From assembly GCA_963707025.1 (NCBI GenBank), contig CAVPOM010000007.1, positions 160,001 through 224,000 of the forward strand: a stretch of DNA of 64,000 nt. Direction: 5' to 3'. The notes under the pieces are model-generated. The model did no database searches. It had not been told where the DNA came from and saw only the letters and a program-made list of their open reading frames with translations. A program made the translations under genes and the position numbers. Shown here in pieces: positions 10,242-20,560 of the stretch (the stretch's first letter is position 1; each line of letters begins with the position of its first letter). Origin of the DNA: an uncultured Verrucomicrobiae bacterium. Lineage in GTDB: Bacteria; Verrucomicrobiota; Verrucomicrobiia; Limisphaerales; Palsa-1400.

Positions 10242-11333
10242 CTACTTCAAGGTCACGTCCCAAACCCGCGAGAAGCGGGAGGTGGCGCCGTCGGCGCCCT
10301 GCACCGTGAGCACGGCGACATAGGCCCCGGCGGCTTTGTAGGCGTGGATGGGGTTTTGCCCGGCGGAGATTTCGCCGTCGCCGAAATCCCACTGCCAGGA
10401 GGAGATGTGGCCGATGGATTGGTCCTGGAAGGCCACCAGGCGCCGGTCCATGTCCTGGATTTGAAAGGTCCATTTGGCCTCAAGCGTTTTCAGGAAGCGC
10501 GGTTCCAGGGGCATGAGTTCGAAGCGGCACAGGTAATCGGCGTTGCCAAAAAAGGTGTGATGGCGCGAGAGGTTCCAGAAGCCGTGGTTGCCGGGCGCAT
10601 GAGGGTCGGTGTAATCAATCACGGCCCAGGCCAGGCCGATGATTTTATTTTCCGTCAGGACGGATTCGACGGCGCGTTTGGGTCCTTCGGCGCCGGCGTA
10701 ATCGAAGGGGGTGATCCAGAATTCCAAGACCAGATGCCCCGGCTGGCCGGGCCTGAAGTTGTAGGAACAGGCGTGATTGGCGTAGGGCAGATCCTTGGCC
10801 CATTGTTGGGGGCCCCAGAACATGCACCAGTCCTTGCCCTCCGCCGGGGTGAAGATGTGGTAGTTTTGCGCGTGGGCGTTTTGCAGGGCCAGGTAGGTTT
10901 CCCATTTGCCGCCCAGGATGTCGCGGTTGGTTTCAAATTCCTGCTCGAACGGTCCGCCGGAGAGGTCGCCGTCAACCACAATTTCAAAGGTGTCGTTGTG
11001 CAAATCCGGCCGGGAAAAATCCCAATAGTCTTTATCGGCCTCGTAAAGAAAAAAGAGGCGGTTGAGTCCCTTGACCCAGCCGACTCTGACCCGGACATTG
11101 AGGTGGTTGGGGTCATTGGTGTGGTGGTGCATATCGTCCAGCAACTGGTCCGAACCGATGACGTAATCTTCGGGCACGATGTCCCAATCATTGGTTTTGC
11201 CATCCATGGTGGGGATCATGTTTGGCGGGAATTGGAAAATCTTGAATGTGGTATTCGTCCGGTCCAGGGCCAGGGCGGCATGGGCGGCCAGGAGCAACGC
11301 GGCGAGGGGGAGGGTTCGTTGGAAAAGTTTCAT
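10242..11333 (-). CDS. Secreted protein with sugar-binding-like domain and C-terminal PKD domain
   Basis: Signal peptide; PTMDGKTNDW; WQWDFGDG...NPIHAY PKD motif. Confidence 0.75.
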   Translation of the reverse strand: MKLFQRTLPLAALLLAAHAALALDRTNTTFKIFQFPPNMIPTMDGKTNDWDIVPEDYVIGSDQLLDDMHHHTNDPNHLNVRVRVGWVKGLNRLFFLYEADKDYWDFSRPDLHNDTFEIVVDGDLSGGPFEQEFETNRDILGGKWETYLALQNAHAQNYHIFTPAEGKDWCMFWGPQQWAKDLPYANHACSYNFRPGQPGHLVLEFWITPFDYAGAEGPKRAVESVLTENKIIGLAWAVIDYTDPHAPGNHGFWNLSRHHTFFGNADYLCRFELMPLEPRFLKTLEAKWTFQIQDMDRRLVAFQDQSIGHISSWQWDFGDGEISAGQNPIHAYKAAGAYVAVLTVQGADGATSRFSRVWDVTLK

Positions 11334-11354
11334 GGCAGAGACGGGGTGGAAGGT

Positions 11355-11561
11355 TCAATCAAAATCCGGGCAACTCATAAATTAGTGGCACCCGGGACAG
11401 GGCCGCTGGCATTTGTCGTTGTGCAGTTCATGGCCGCAACGCGGGCACCAGCGCCAGGATTCGCCCTCCCTGTTGCCGGAGGCGTCGCCTGGCTCCTGCC
11501 CCGATTGAGGAAGGGCCACAAGCGTCGTCTTTCTTTTTCGGTTCGGCGGCCATGAAGACAT
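11355..11561 (-). pseudogene. Small CPxCG zinc-finger protein with an in-frame TAA
   Basis: ...WRWCPRCGHELHNDKCQRPCPGCH*FMSCPDFD*; TAA at 11382-11384; start uncertain. Confidence 0.55.
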
Positions 11562-11663
11562 CTTCCGCCAGGAGGCATCGCCAATCAACAATGGATAATT
11601 AACAATGGCCAACGCTGATTTCCAACGGTTTCAGGTTTGCTTGCCGCCCAGGCGAAGGTTGTC

Positions 11664-12047
11664 TCAAAGAAACCGGACTGCCACTTCGTTTTTTACGCGC
11701 ACAAAATGTTGATCTTGCGTCGCAATGGCTAATCCGTGCGCTTTCGCGACGGTGAATTGGTATGCATCATCGAAATCCAGACCGAAAACCTGAGCCGCCC
11801 GCGCCACCGCGGGATAGCCAGTCCGGTCTAAATGCAACAGGGCGAGGTTTGGCATGGAATCGGTGAGAAAATCGCCAAATAGTTTCGCCTGCTGACGGCG
11901 CAGGCTGATGACACCGATGGAATGAAGCGAGAAATCAGCGATGGCCAGAGCCCCAGTGTGTTGTTGGAGAAACTGTTCGCACTTCACGCGGCCCGGCTGG
12001 TTGAGCAGGATTTCAAGGAAGACATTTGTGTCCACCAAAAAACTCAT
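11664..12047 (-). CDS. vapC: PIN-domain toxin (VapC family)
   Basis: FLVDTNVFLE...LDFDDAYQ...TQDQHF acidic PIN residues; ATGA overlap with the antitoxin. Confidence 0.88.
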   Translation of the reverse strand: MSFLVDTNVFLEILLNQPGRVKCEQFLQQHTGALAIADFSLHSIGVISLRRQQAKLFGDFLTDSMPNLALLHLDRTGYPAVARAAQVFGLDFDDAYQFTVAKAHGLAIATQDQHFVRVKNEVAVRFL

Positions 12048-12262
12048 CGCCATTCGTTGGCTTTGTGCTGCAATTCGACGGCGGTAAATTCCTTGCCCAA
12101 GTCAGCCATCCCACCCGCCCAAGTGAATTTGAAACCGGGCGGCTTTGCGGACTGCGCCGACGGGCTTGACTGCCCGGCCAAAAAATCGAGAAAGGCGAGA
12201 AGCTGCTTCCGGGATTCTTCCGGCAGCGATTCAATTTTGGCAATGATGGCTTCGCGACTCAT
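12044..12262 (-). CDS. DUF2281-like antitoxin
   Basis: MSREAIIAKIESLPEESRKQLLAFLDFL...FTWAGGMADLGKEFTAVELQHKANEWR; C-terminal part of the tracked 508-aa ORF. Confidence 0.8.
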   Translation of the reverse strand: MSREAIIAKIESLPEESRKQLLAFLDFLAGQSSPSAQSAKPPGFKFTWAGGMADLGKEFTAVELQHKANEWR

Positions 12263-12382
12263 GGAAAAAGAATAAACCTGTCCAACAACGAGAGCAAACA
12301 AGTTTTTACATCCCCAAAACGGGCGGAACCTACGGCACAACTTGAAGTTGAATCGAGTCATCCTTGTGGATAATCTCCCGCC

Positions 12383-13666
12383 ATGCACAAGTTTCTGCCG
12401 GGTGTAACGCTTGTTCTGATGCTGGCTGCGGGCTGCCAGGCCCCCCGCCAGGAAGCCCAGCCGCCGCGCCGTTTCGATGTCCGCTCCCTCGGCGCCACCG
12501 GCAACGGCACGGTCAAAGATACCGTCGCTTTCCAAAAAGCCCTCGACGCCTGCGCGGCGGGCGGCGGCGAAGTCGTTGTGCCCGCCGGAAATTACTTGAT
12601 TGGCAGCGTGACCATGGGTTCGCACACGACGCTGCGGCTGGAAAAGGGGGCCGCGCTCCTCGGCAGTCCGGACGCGGACGATTATCCGCTCATCCAGGCG
12701 CGCTGGGAAGGGCGCCTGCGGGAATGCCACCGCGCGCTCCTCTCCGCCAGCAATGCCACGCAAATTGCCATCGTCGGCGAAGGTTCCATCGAGGGCAACG
12801 CCGCCCTGGGCAATCTGCGCAATCCGCGCGGCCCGTGCCTGCTGGAGCCGGTCGAGTGCCAGGATGTTCTGCTTGACGGATTTTCCACCCAGTTCGCCCG
12901 GCTCTGGTCCATCCACCTGGCCTTTTGCGACGGCGTCGTCGCCCGCAACCTCATCATCCGCAGCGCGCGCAGCCGCAGCAACGGCGACGGCATTGACGTG
13001 GATTCGTGCAAACACGTCCGCATCGAGCATTGTGATATTGATACCGGGGACGACGCCATCGCCCTCAAGTCCGGCCGCGGCGCGGAAGGCGCGCGCATCG
13101 GGCGGCCCACCGAAGACGTGGTGATCACCAATTGCATTTTGGGCAGCGCCTTTGCCGGCGTGGCCGTCGGCACCGAACTTTCCGGGGGAATCCGCCGCGT
13201 CGTCCTGCAAGACTGCACCTTCACCAGCGGGGCCAACAGCATTTTCATCAAGAGCCGGGATGATCGGGGCGGCTACATCGAAGACATCCAGGGCAAAAAC
13301 CTGGATTGCCGCGCCAGCACGTTCCTGGTCATTGATCTGCTGACCAAGGGAATTCCGGACGAAGAACCGGTCACCGGCCCGGCCGGGCTGACCCGGGCGC
13401 GCGGGCTTTCTTTCGCCAACATCAAGGTCAACGTGCAAACGCTGCTGGACGCGCATCTGCTTTCCCCGGACCAACCGCTCGACGGACTTTCCATTGCCGG
13501 TGTTTCCGGCGAGTGCCGTCGCGCCATCCATCTGGCCAACCTCCGCAACGCCAGCCTGCGCGACATTCATGTGAGCGGCTACAACGGGCCATTCCTGACC
13601 CAGACCAACGCCACCGGCCCCGGCCTGGACAAAATCACCGTGCCCGAGGATACCTTCTCACGCTGA
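12383..13666 (+). CDS. Glycoside hydrolase family 28 protein (probable lipoprotein)
   Basis: NGDGIDVD, TGDDAIALKSG, GVAVGTE; LAAGC lipobox-like. Confidence 0.88.
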   Translation: MHKFLPGVTLVLMLAAGCQAPRQEAQPPRRFDVRSLGATGNGTVKDTVAFQKALDACAAGGGEVVVPAGNYLIGSVTMGSHTTLRLEKGAALLGSPDADDYPLIQARWEGRLRECHRALLSASNATQIAIVGEGSIEGNAALGNLRNPRGPCLLEPVECQDVLLDGFSTQFARLWSIHLAFCDGVVARNLIIRSARSRSNGDGIDVDSCKHVRIEHCDIDTGDDAIALKSGRGAEGARIGRPTEDVVITNCILGSAFAGVAVGTELSGGIRRVVLQDCTFTSGANSIFIKSRDDRGGYIEDIQGKNLDCRASTFLVIDLLTKGIPDEEPVTGPAGLTRARGLSFANIKVNVQTLLDAHLLSPDQPLDGLSIAGVSGECRRAIHLANLRNASLRDIHVSGYNGPFLTQTNATGPGLDKITVPEDTFSR

Positions 13667-13697
13667 GAATGCAGAATTGTGAATAGAGAATAGTGAA

Positions 13698-14847
13698 ATG
13701 ACAACACCCATGCGCACCGTCGCCGTCCCATTGGGTCATCGCAGCTATCCCATTTTTGTGGGAGCCGGTTTGCTTTCCGAGCTGGGCCGATTTGCCGCCG
13801 AAAGGGAACTCGGCCGCCGCTGCGCGGTCATTTCCGACGACCGGGTGGCGGGCCTCTACGCCAAGCCGGCTTTGGCCGCTCTCCGTTCCTCCGGGTTTGA
13901 AGCGCGGTTGATTTGCGTGCCGCACGGCGAAACTTCCAAAAGCCTCAAAATGGTCCAGGCCGCCTGCGACCAACTGGCCGCGCACCGCCTGGAACGGAAA
14001 TCCTTCCTCGTCGCCCTGGGTGGCGGCGTGGTGGGGGATCTGGCCGGATTTCTCGCCGCGATTTATTTGCGCGGCATCCCGTTCGTCCAGGCGCCCACCA
14101 CCTTGCTGGCGCAAGTGGACAGTTCGGTCGGCGGCAAAGTCGGCGTCAACCTGAAAGCCGGCAAAAACCTGGTGGGCGCCTTTCATCAGCCCCGTTTTGT
14201 CCTTTGCGATTTGCGGCACGCTGAACTCCCTGCCGCCCCGCGAATTTCGCGCCGGATTGGCCGAGGTCATCAAATACGGCATCATCTGCGACGCGCCGCT
14301 GTTTGCCCGCCTGGAACGCGACCTGCCCCGGCTGCTGCGCCGCGACACGAAAATTCTGGCCGAAGTGGTGGCGCGCTGCTGCGAAATCAAGGCCGAAGTG
14401 GTCCGCCAGGATGAAACCGAAACCGGCCTGCGCGCCATCCTCAATTTCGGCCACACCATCGGCCACGCCATCGAGAACATTTCCGGCTACGGAAAATACC
14501 TGCACGGCGAGGCCATCGCCATCGGCCAGGTGGCCGCCGCCAAACTCTCCGCCGCCTTGACCGGCCTGCCGCCGGAGGACGCGGCGCGCATCGAAAAACT
14601 TTTCCGGCGCGCCGGGCTGCCCGCCGCCATCACCCTCTCCGCTCCGTCCCGGTCGCGCCTGCTCGCGGCCATGCAACTGGACAAAAAAGTCAGCGGCGGC
14701 CAAATCCAATTCGTCCTCGCCCGCCGCATTGGCCAGGTCGAACCCAGCCACAAAGTTCCGCCGGCCCTCATCGCAGAAGTTTTGGCGCCCGCGTGCCCAG
14801 CCGCAATCCGCCCTGTCCTCCGCAGGCTTGGCGAAGGAGGAAATTGA
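13698..14847 (+). CDS. aroB: 3-dehydroquinate synthase; 1-nt frameshift at about 14214
   Basis: LGGGVVGDLAGF, PTTLLAQVDSSVGGK, KNLVGAFHQP, then after removing one C: GLAEVIKYG, LNFGHTIGHAIE, LHGEAI. Confidence 0.92.
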
Positions 14848-14850
14848 GCC

Positions 14851-15459
14851 ATGTCCGCCATCAATGAAACCATTGTCCGGGAGTACTTCGAGTTGTACGG
14901 TTTTCTCGTGCGCCAGGATCGCAAGTATGAGGCGCGCGGCAAGCAGGAGGTGGACGGCATTGATTTCGTCGTCTGGAATCCGCAACCCGTCAAACCGGAG
15001 AAAGCCGCTCCTTTCATCCTGGATAGCGCGGACCTGCCCTCCGTCAACCGTGCCCTGGTCGTGGTGCGCGGCTGGCACACCGAATCCTTCGGGCCGGCCC
15101 TGCTGGAGAGTTCGCCCGAAATATTCCGCTTCGTCGAGCCGGCCGTTTTCCAGCAGGCGGCGCGTGCCTTCAGTCCGGATTTCGCGCCGTTGAAGATATT
15201 GATTGTGCCGTCCTTGCCGCAAACGGCGGCGGCGCGGGAACAAAGCATCGCCATCCTGCGCGCCAAGGGAGTGGACGCCGTCATTCCCTTTCGCACCATG
15301 CTGGTGGAGCTGATCGCCCGCACCGAGGTCAACCGCAACTACGACAAATCCGACCTGTTGCAGGTGATCCGCGTCCTCAAGAACTACCAATTGTTCAAAG
15401 ACCCGCAATTGGAACTGTTCCGCGGCGCGCGCCGTGCCAAGCGCCCGCGCCGCGCCTGA
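14851..15459 (+). CDS. Conserved hypothetical protein, possible restriction-endonuclease-like fold
   Basis: NETIVREYFELYGFLV...IDFVV...VVVRGWH; AGGAGG RBS upstream; directly follows aroB. Confidence 0.6.
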   Translation: MSAINETIVREYFELYGFLVRQDRKYEARGKQEVDGIDFVVWNPQPVKPEKAAPFILDSADLPSVNRALVVVRGWHTESFGPALLESSPEIFRFVEPAVFQQAARAFSPDFAPLKILIVPSLPQTAAAREQSIAILRAKGVDAVIPFRTMLVELIARTEVNRNYDKSDLLQVIRVLKNYQLFKDPQLELFRGARRAKRPRRA

Positions 15460-15482
15460 TTTCTGCGAAAGATGACCCCGGC

Positions 15483-16301
15483 ATGAAAACGCCAGGCCAT
15501 CCCAACGTGAAAAGAATACTTCGCTTAATTTTGCAGGCGTGCTTGATTCTGGCCGCCGGTTTTTATTTGGAGGGATGCGCCTCCTCCGAATGGAAAGGAT
15601 ACCAGGGAAAGCCGTTTCGCGACAGCGTCTTTCATGGAGGACCGCAGAAGATCCCCGGACGCGTGCAGTGCGCCTTCTATGATTTCGGAGGAGAAGGCAT
15701 CGCCTATCACGATACGGATGCAACCAACCACGGCAGCGGAGGGCTGAATCCCGCGGACGGAACGTATCTGAACGAGTTTCGCATGACAGAAGGCGTGGAT
15801 ACGTCCTACACGAAATTCCACGACGGAATTGACAACAATCCCTGCAACCTGGTGCAACCGCCGGAGGGACAACTCTACGTGGGTTGGACGGAACCCGGCG
15901 AATGGTTCAATCTGACCGTGGCGGTTGAGCAGGCCGGTGTTTACACCCTGGATCTCTTATACACCTCGAACCGGGGCGGGACGATTTCCCTGGATCGAAA
16001 CGGCGGGCCGTTGGTTTCCGCGATCAACATTATTTCAACCAGAAACGACCAGGATCCCCTCGCCTGGAGGCAATGGCACCATTGGAACATCATGACCAAC
16101 ATGGCCGAAGTGGAATTGCCCAAAGGGGTGTGCGTTTTGACCCTGCACATCGTCACGGAGGGCAACATGAATCTGGCCTGGCTGGATTTTAAGCCGAGCC
16201 ATAAAGGGCGCTCCGGGTCCACGGCGGACCCTCAGCGCACCACGGGCGTCCAGTTGGCTTCGAAGCGGGTGCCCACCATCAGCTTGATGACCAGGCCGTA
16301 G
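15483..16301 (+). CDS. Carbohydrate-binding (CBM6-like) probable lipoprotein
   Basis: QKIPGRVQCAFYDFGGEGIAYHD, VGWTEPGEWFNLTV, GNMNLAWLDF; LEGC lipobox-like. Confidence 0.72.
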   Translation: MKTPGHPNVKRILRLILQACLILAAGFYLEGCASSEWKGYQGKPFRDSVFHGGPQKIPGRVQCAFYDFGGEGIAYHDTDATNHGSGGLNPADGTYLNEFRMTEGVDTSYTKFHDGIDNNPCNLVQPPEGQLYVGWTEPGEWFNLTVAVEQAGVYTLDLLYTSNRGGTISLDRNGGPLVSAINIISTRNDQDPLAWRQWHHWNIMTNMAEVELPKGVCVLTLHIVTEGNMNLAWLDFKPSHKGRSGSTADPQRTTGVQLASKRVPTISLMTRP

Positions 16302-17305
16302 CTGCCGATTCCGGCCGGGACACGATTGGCCTTTAGAAAACTGTTGTAGATGCGCGCCTGCAAGGCGGCCACAGCCGGCTTGCGGCGTTGCCGCGCCCGC
16401 TCTCGTATGGCGTTGATGTCGCTGACAACCTGCGGAGAAAGCTCCGGCCATGAATCGCTGGCATTGCGGCTTCGCCTGGGCAGATAAAAGGACAGACTCA
16501 GCCAGCCGGAATAGCGGATGGCCGGAAGGTCGCTGCGCAAACAGGCCAGGATGCCAATGAAGTTGGCCTCCGCCTCATCCGCAAACCCGGCCAGGTGCGC
16601 CCATTCGTGCGCCAGCAGAAAGGGCCTCTCGAAGGGCAGGACGTTGTCGTCAAGGATAACTTCATATCCGAATGGGTTTATAAAGCCATCGAAGCCCCCG
16701 GCGTCCAGGATGGGATTGACCAGGGAGGTCCGCGGCGCCACGCCGCTGAAAGCCGGGCGGTGTCCCAATTCCCGGACGACTTGCTGAAAGGATCGCTCCA
16801 GGGCCGCGCGCCATTGTTCCGGCGGCGGCATGGGCGGCCCGCGCGCGGCGGCCACTTCCGCGTTCAAATGTTCCATGGTTGACTTGGACAAGGCCAGCGT
16901 GGCCTGCGGCGTGACCCGTTTGGCGTCCCAATCCAGCTTGGAAGTCAGGGGGAGCCGCTGATAGTTGAGTCCCCACAGAAATTCAAACGCGCAGACCCAC
17001 GCCGCCGCCAGCGTGAGCGTGCCGAAGGCCGCGCCTCCGGCGGCCCGCCACCTGCGCCCGGCCCCGGCGGAGCGGATCTTCCAAATCCACCAGGCGGGAA
17101 GGCCGAGGGCCACCGTGATCAGGAGCAAGTCCAGCACAGGGACGGGCGACCAGCGCGTGAGAGGCTTGACGCTCGCCGCCAGATGCGGATAGAGGCCGGT
17201 GGAATAAAGATTCTCAACCCAGCGGGCGGGCCACCGGATCGCCGCCAGCGCGATGGCGGCCAGCACGATCAAAATCCTGATGCCGTGATAATTGCTGATT
17301 TTCAA
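16232..17305 (-). CDS. DUF3810-family membrane protein (zincin-like HExxH)
   Basis: N-terminal TM helices, WGLNYQR, LAHEWAHLAGFADEAEANFIG. Confidence 0.8.
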   Translation of the reverse strand: MKISNYHGIRILIVLAAIALAAIRWPARWVENLYSTGLYPHLAASVKPLTRWSPVPVLDLLLITVALGLPAWWIWKIRSAGAGRRWRAAGGAAFGTLTLAAAWVCAFEFLWGLNYQRLPLTSKLDWDAKRVTPQATLALSKSTMEHLNAEVAAARGPPMPPPEQWRAALERSFQQVVRELGHRPAFSGVAPRTSLVNPILDAGGFDGFINPFGYEVILDDNVLPFERPFLLAHEWAHLAGFADEAEANFIGILACLRSDLPAIRYSGWLSLSFYLPRRSRNASDSWPELSPQVVSDINAIRERARQRRKPAVAALQARIYNSFLKANRVPAGIGSYGLVIKLMVGTRFEANWTPVVR

Positions 17306-17337
17306 TCAGTGAACCAAACAGGATGGCGCTGGGCGGG

Positions 17338-18006
17338 TCAGGGATGGGTCCAAAACTGGATGTTTTTGATATAGACCTCCATTGCGGGGCTGGCGCCGCT
17401 TTGGGCGTAAACGCCGTCTTTCATGTAAAAGTCCGGGGCGCCGTTGTCCTTCTTGGTGAAGACCTGCTTGCCGTCTATCCAGGTTGCAATGAGATGGGTG
17501 TTGAGATCGTGCCGCACGACCAGGTGAAACCACTTGTCGTAGAGGTTGGTGGCCAGGATGGGCTGTCCGCTGTAAGAATGCAGGGAGCCGCCGCTGTCGC
17601 TCTTGATGAACAGCATGAAGGTGGTGGCCCCGTAGCGGGGAGATTCGGCATTGCCGGTGTGAATCTGCATGACGCAGGCGTTGCTGGTCCCGGCGGGGAC
17701 CATCAAGTCGGCGGCGTATTGGATCTGGTGGGAAGTGTAGTCCGGATCGAATCGCTGTTCGGTGCGCGGTTTGGTGGTGTTGCCGGAGGCGAAGGGGGCG
17801 TCGTGGTTCAGCACCCGCAGGTGATAGACCCCGTTGGACACCGAATAACGGTCGCTCTGGGGCAGGTTGTAAGGAGATTGGACCCGGAATTTCACGGGCG
17901 CTTCGGTCCATCCTTCCAGGCCCGGTTCAGTTCCGGCCAAGGCGGCGGCGGCGGCCAGGGCGAGAAGGGGCCAGGGCAACTTCAGGAGGCGCAGTTTTCC
18001 AAGCAT
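17338..18006 (-). CDS. Polysaccharide lyase family 7-like protein
   Basis: PRTEQR, MQIH and FYMKDGVYAQ match the three PL7 conserved regions; signal peptide. Confidence 0.75.
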   Translation of the reverse strand: MLGKLRLLKLPWPLLALAAAAALAGTEPGLEGWTEAPVKFRVQSPYNLPQSDRYSVSNGVYHLRVLNHDAPFASGNTTKPRTEQRFDPDYTSHQIQYAADLMVPAGTSNACVMQIHTGNAESPRYGATTFMLFIKSDSGGSLHSYSGQPILATNLYDKWFHLVVRHDLNTHLIATWIDGKQVFTKKDNGAPDFYMKDGVYAQSGASPAMEVYIKNIQFWTHP

Positions 18007-18087
18007 GCCGCCGAATTTGCGCCAGAGGAGTCGGGAGGTCAATGGAATAGCAGGCCAGAGCGTAATGCGTCAGCGACGATGGAGCAA

Positions 18088-18164
18088 GGCAGGGTGAGAC
18101 TCTGTCGAGCTGTGACTTTCTACAAAGAAATCCAGTTTCGGCTCGAACGGAGTCTCGCCCTGCC
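18088..18164. repeat. REP-like inverted pair (GGCAGGGYGAGACTCYGTCGAGC); single further copy at 25985-26007
   Basis: ggcagggtgagactctgtcgagc ... gctcgaacggagtctcgccctgcc. Confidence 0.75.
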
Positions 18165-18223
18165 AGGCGCTCCGCGCATTCTTTCATTTATCATTTTGCA
18201 TTTTGCATTTAACATTCTCCCCA

Positions 18224-20548
18224 ATGCGCGCCGACCAAACTACCGCGGATTCCGGCGGCGAAACGCGCCGCCAATTCCTGAAACAATCTTTCGCCGCCGC
18301 CGTCGCGGGCGCCGGCGCAACCCTGCTGACCGGCTGCGCCGGCGTCTCTGCCGCGGAAGAACCCGCCCGCGCCGCCGGGCCGTGGCATCGCCGCACGCTG
18401 CGCTGGGGACAAACCAACATCACGGAAATTGACCCGGCCCGCTACGACATCCCGTGGTGGCGGCAGTATTGGAAACGGACCCAAACGCAGGGCGTCATCA
18501 TCAACGCGGGCGGAATCGTGGCCTACTATCCCAGCAAGTTCCCGCTGCATCATCAGGCCGCGTTTCTGCGCGGGCGCGATCTCTACGGCGAACTGGCCGC
18601 CGCCGCGCACGCCGATGGGCTGGCGGTTTTGGCCCGGATGGATTCCAGCCGCGCGCACGAGGATTTCTATCGCGCCCATCCCGATTGGTTTGCCCTGGAC
18701 GCCACGGGCAGGCCGTTTCGCACGGGCGAACTTTACACCGCCTGCATCAACAGCCCCTATTACGGGCAATATCTTCCAGACGTGTTGCGCGAAATCATCC
18801 AACGCACCCGGCCCGAGGGCGTCACCGACAACAGTTGGAGCGGGCTGGATCGCAACAGCATCTGCCATTGCGAAAATTGCGCCAAAAATTTTCGCGCGGC
18901 CGCGTCCCAGGACCTGCCGCGGGAAAAAAATTGGAACAGCCCCGCCTATCGGCAATGGATTCAATGGAACTACGCGCGCCGCCTGGAGATTTGGGACCTG
19001 AACAATCAAACCACCCAGGCCGCGGGCGGGCCGGATTGCCTTTGGATCGGGATGAACAGCGGCTCGGTGGCGGGCCAGTGCCGCAATTTTCGCGACGACC
19101 GGGAAATCTTCCGCCGGGCCCAAATCATTATGCTGGACTATCAGGCGCGCAATGACGCCGAAGGATTTCAAGCCAACGGCCAGGCCGGAAAATGGGTCCA
19201 CAGCCTGCTCGGCTGGGACAAATTGATTCCCGAGAGCATGGCCTTGTACCAGGCGGGCAGCCCGGTTTTTCGCGTCGCGAGCAAGCCGGAGCCGGAAGTG
19301 CGGATGTGGATGCTGGACGGCATCGCCGGCGGGTTGCAACCGTGGTGGCACCATGTCGGCGCTTACGAAGAGGACCGCCGCGCCTATCGCACCGTCGAAC
19401 CGCTTCTGCGCTGGCACCAGCAGCACCAAAGCCTTCTGGTCAACCGGCAGCCCATCGCCAGCCTCGCCGTCCTGTGGTCCCGGCAAAACACCGATTTTCA
19501 CGGTCGCGACAATGCTGCCGATTTGGTGGAACTGCCCATGCGCGGCCTGAGCAACGCCTTGTTGCGGGCGCGCCTCCCCTGGCTGCCGCTGCATCTGGAC
19601 GATGTGGAACGGGAGGCCGCGCAGTTTTCAGCGTTGATCCTGCCCAACCTGGCCGCGATGTCCGAAGCGCAGTGCCAGGCCGTCCGCAGTTATGTGCAGC
19701 GGGGCGGCGGCTTGCTCGCCACCGGCGCATCCAGTCTCTGCGATGAATGGGGCGATGCGCGCGGCGATTTCGGCCTGGCTGATTTATTTGGGGCGCATCT
19801 CCTCGCGGGGCGCGGCGGGTTGGAGGAGCCGGCGCGGACGCGCGGCGCGGCGGAAACCTTGCACACCTACTTGCGCCTGATTCCAGAACGGCGCGGCGTG
19901 GTGGACGGCCCCAAATCCGGCGACGAACCGCCCGTCACCACCAACCGCCATCCCGTCCTGCGCGGATTCGACGAGACAGACCTCCTTCCCTTCGGCGGCA
20001 GATTGGAACCGCTCCGCGTCGAAACACAAGCCCAAGTCCTGATGACCTTCGTGCCCGCCTTTCCGGTGTCCCCGCCGGAAACCGCCTGGATGCGCGAGCC
20101 GCGCACCGACATTCCCGGCTTGATTTTGCACACCACCGCCCAGGGCGCTCGCGTGGCCTTCCTCCCCGCCGACCTGGACGCCCGCTTTGGCCGCGACAAC
20201 CTGCCCGATCACGCAACTCTCCTGGCCAATCTGGTTCGCTGGGTTGCCAAGGACGAAATCCCGCTCGCCGTGGAGGGCCGGGGCCTGGTGGACTGCCACC
20301 TCTACCGCCAGGGAAACCGGTTGATTCTCCATCTGGTCAACCTGACCAGCGCCGGGACTTGGCGCGCCCCCATTGACGAGCTGATTCCCATCGGCCCATT
20401 GCGTGTCAAAGTCCAACTCTCTCCCGGCATCCGCCCCGCCAAGCCGCAACTGTTGGTTTCAGGAGAAAGCACGCGCCTGACCGTTCACGAAAACTGGGCC
20501 GCCTTCGAGATTAAATCCATCCTCGATCACGAAGTGGTGGTGATTTAG
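18224..20548 (+). CDS. Tat-exported glycoside-hydrolase-like protein with beta-galactosidase trimerisation (GATase-like) domain
   Basis: TRRQFLK twin-Arg signal; NAGGIVAYYPS; CHCENC; LILPNLAAMSEAQCQAVRSYVQRGGGLLATG. Confidence 0.78.
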   Translation: MRADQTTADSGGETRRQFLKQSFAAAVAGAGATLLTGCAGVSAAEEPARAAGPWHRRTLRWGQTNITEIDPARYDIPWWRQYWKRTQTQGVIINAGGIVAYYPSKFPLHHQAAFLRGRDLYGELAAAAHADGLAVLARMDSSRAHEDFYRAHPDWFALDATGRPFRTGELYTACINSPYYGQYLPDVLREIIQRTRPEGVTDNSWSGLDRNSICHCENCAKNFRAAASQDLPREKNWNSPAYRQWIQWNYARRLEIWDLNNQTTQAAGGPDCLWIGMNSGSVAGQCRNFRDDREIFRRAQIIMLDYQARNDAEGFQANGQAGKWVHSLLGWDKLIPESMALYQAGSPVFRVASKPEPEVRMWMLDGIAGGLQPWWHHVGAYEEDRRAYRTVEPLLRWHQQHQSLLVNRQPIASLAVLWSRQNTDFHGRDNAADLVELPMRGLSNALLRARLPWLPLHLDDVEREAAQFSALILPNLAAMSEAQCQAVRSYVQRGGGLLATGASSLCDEWGDARGDFGLADLFGAHLLAGRGGLEEPARTRGAAETLHTYLRLIPERRGVVDGPKSGDEPPVTTNRHPVLRGFDETDLLPFGGRLEPLRVETQAQVLMTFVPAFPVSPPETAWMREPRTDIPGLILHTTAQGARVAFLPADLDARFGRDNLPDHATLLANLVRWVAKDEIPLAVEGRGLVDCHLYRQGNRLILHLVNLTSAGTWRAPIDELIPIGPLRVKVQLSPGIRPAKPQLLVSGESTRLTVHENWAAFEIKSILDHEVVVI

Positions 20549-20560
20549 CAAGAACATTCC

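Noticed and set aside
12044..13570. 508-aa minus-strand ORF
   Set aside because: Antisense shadow of the GH28 gene; only the last 72 codons (the antitoxin) are credible.
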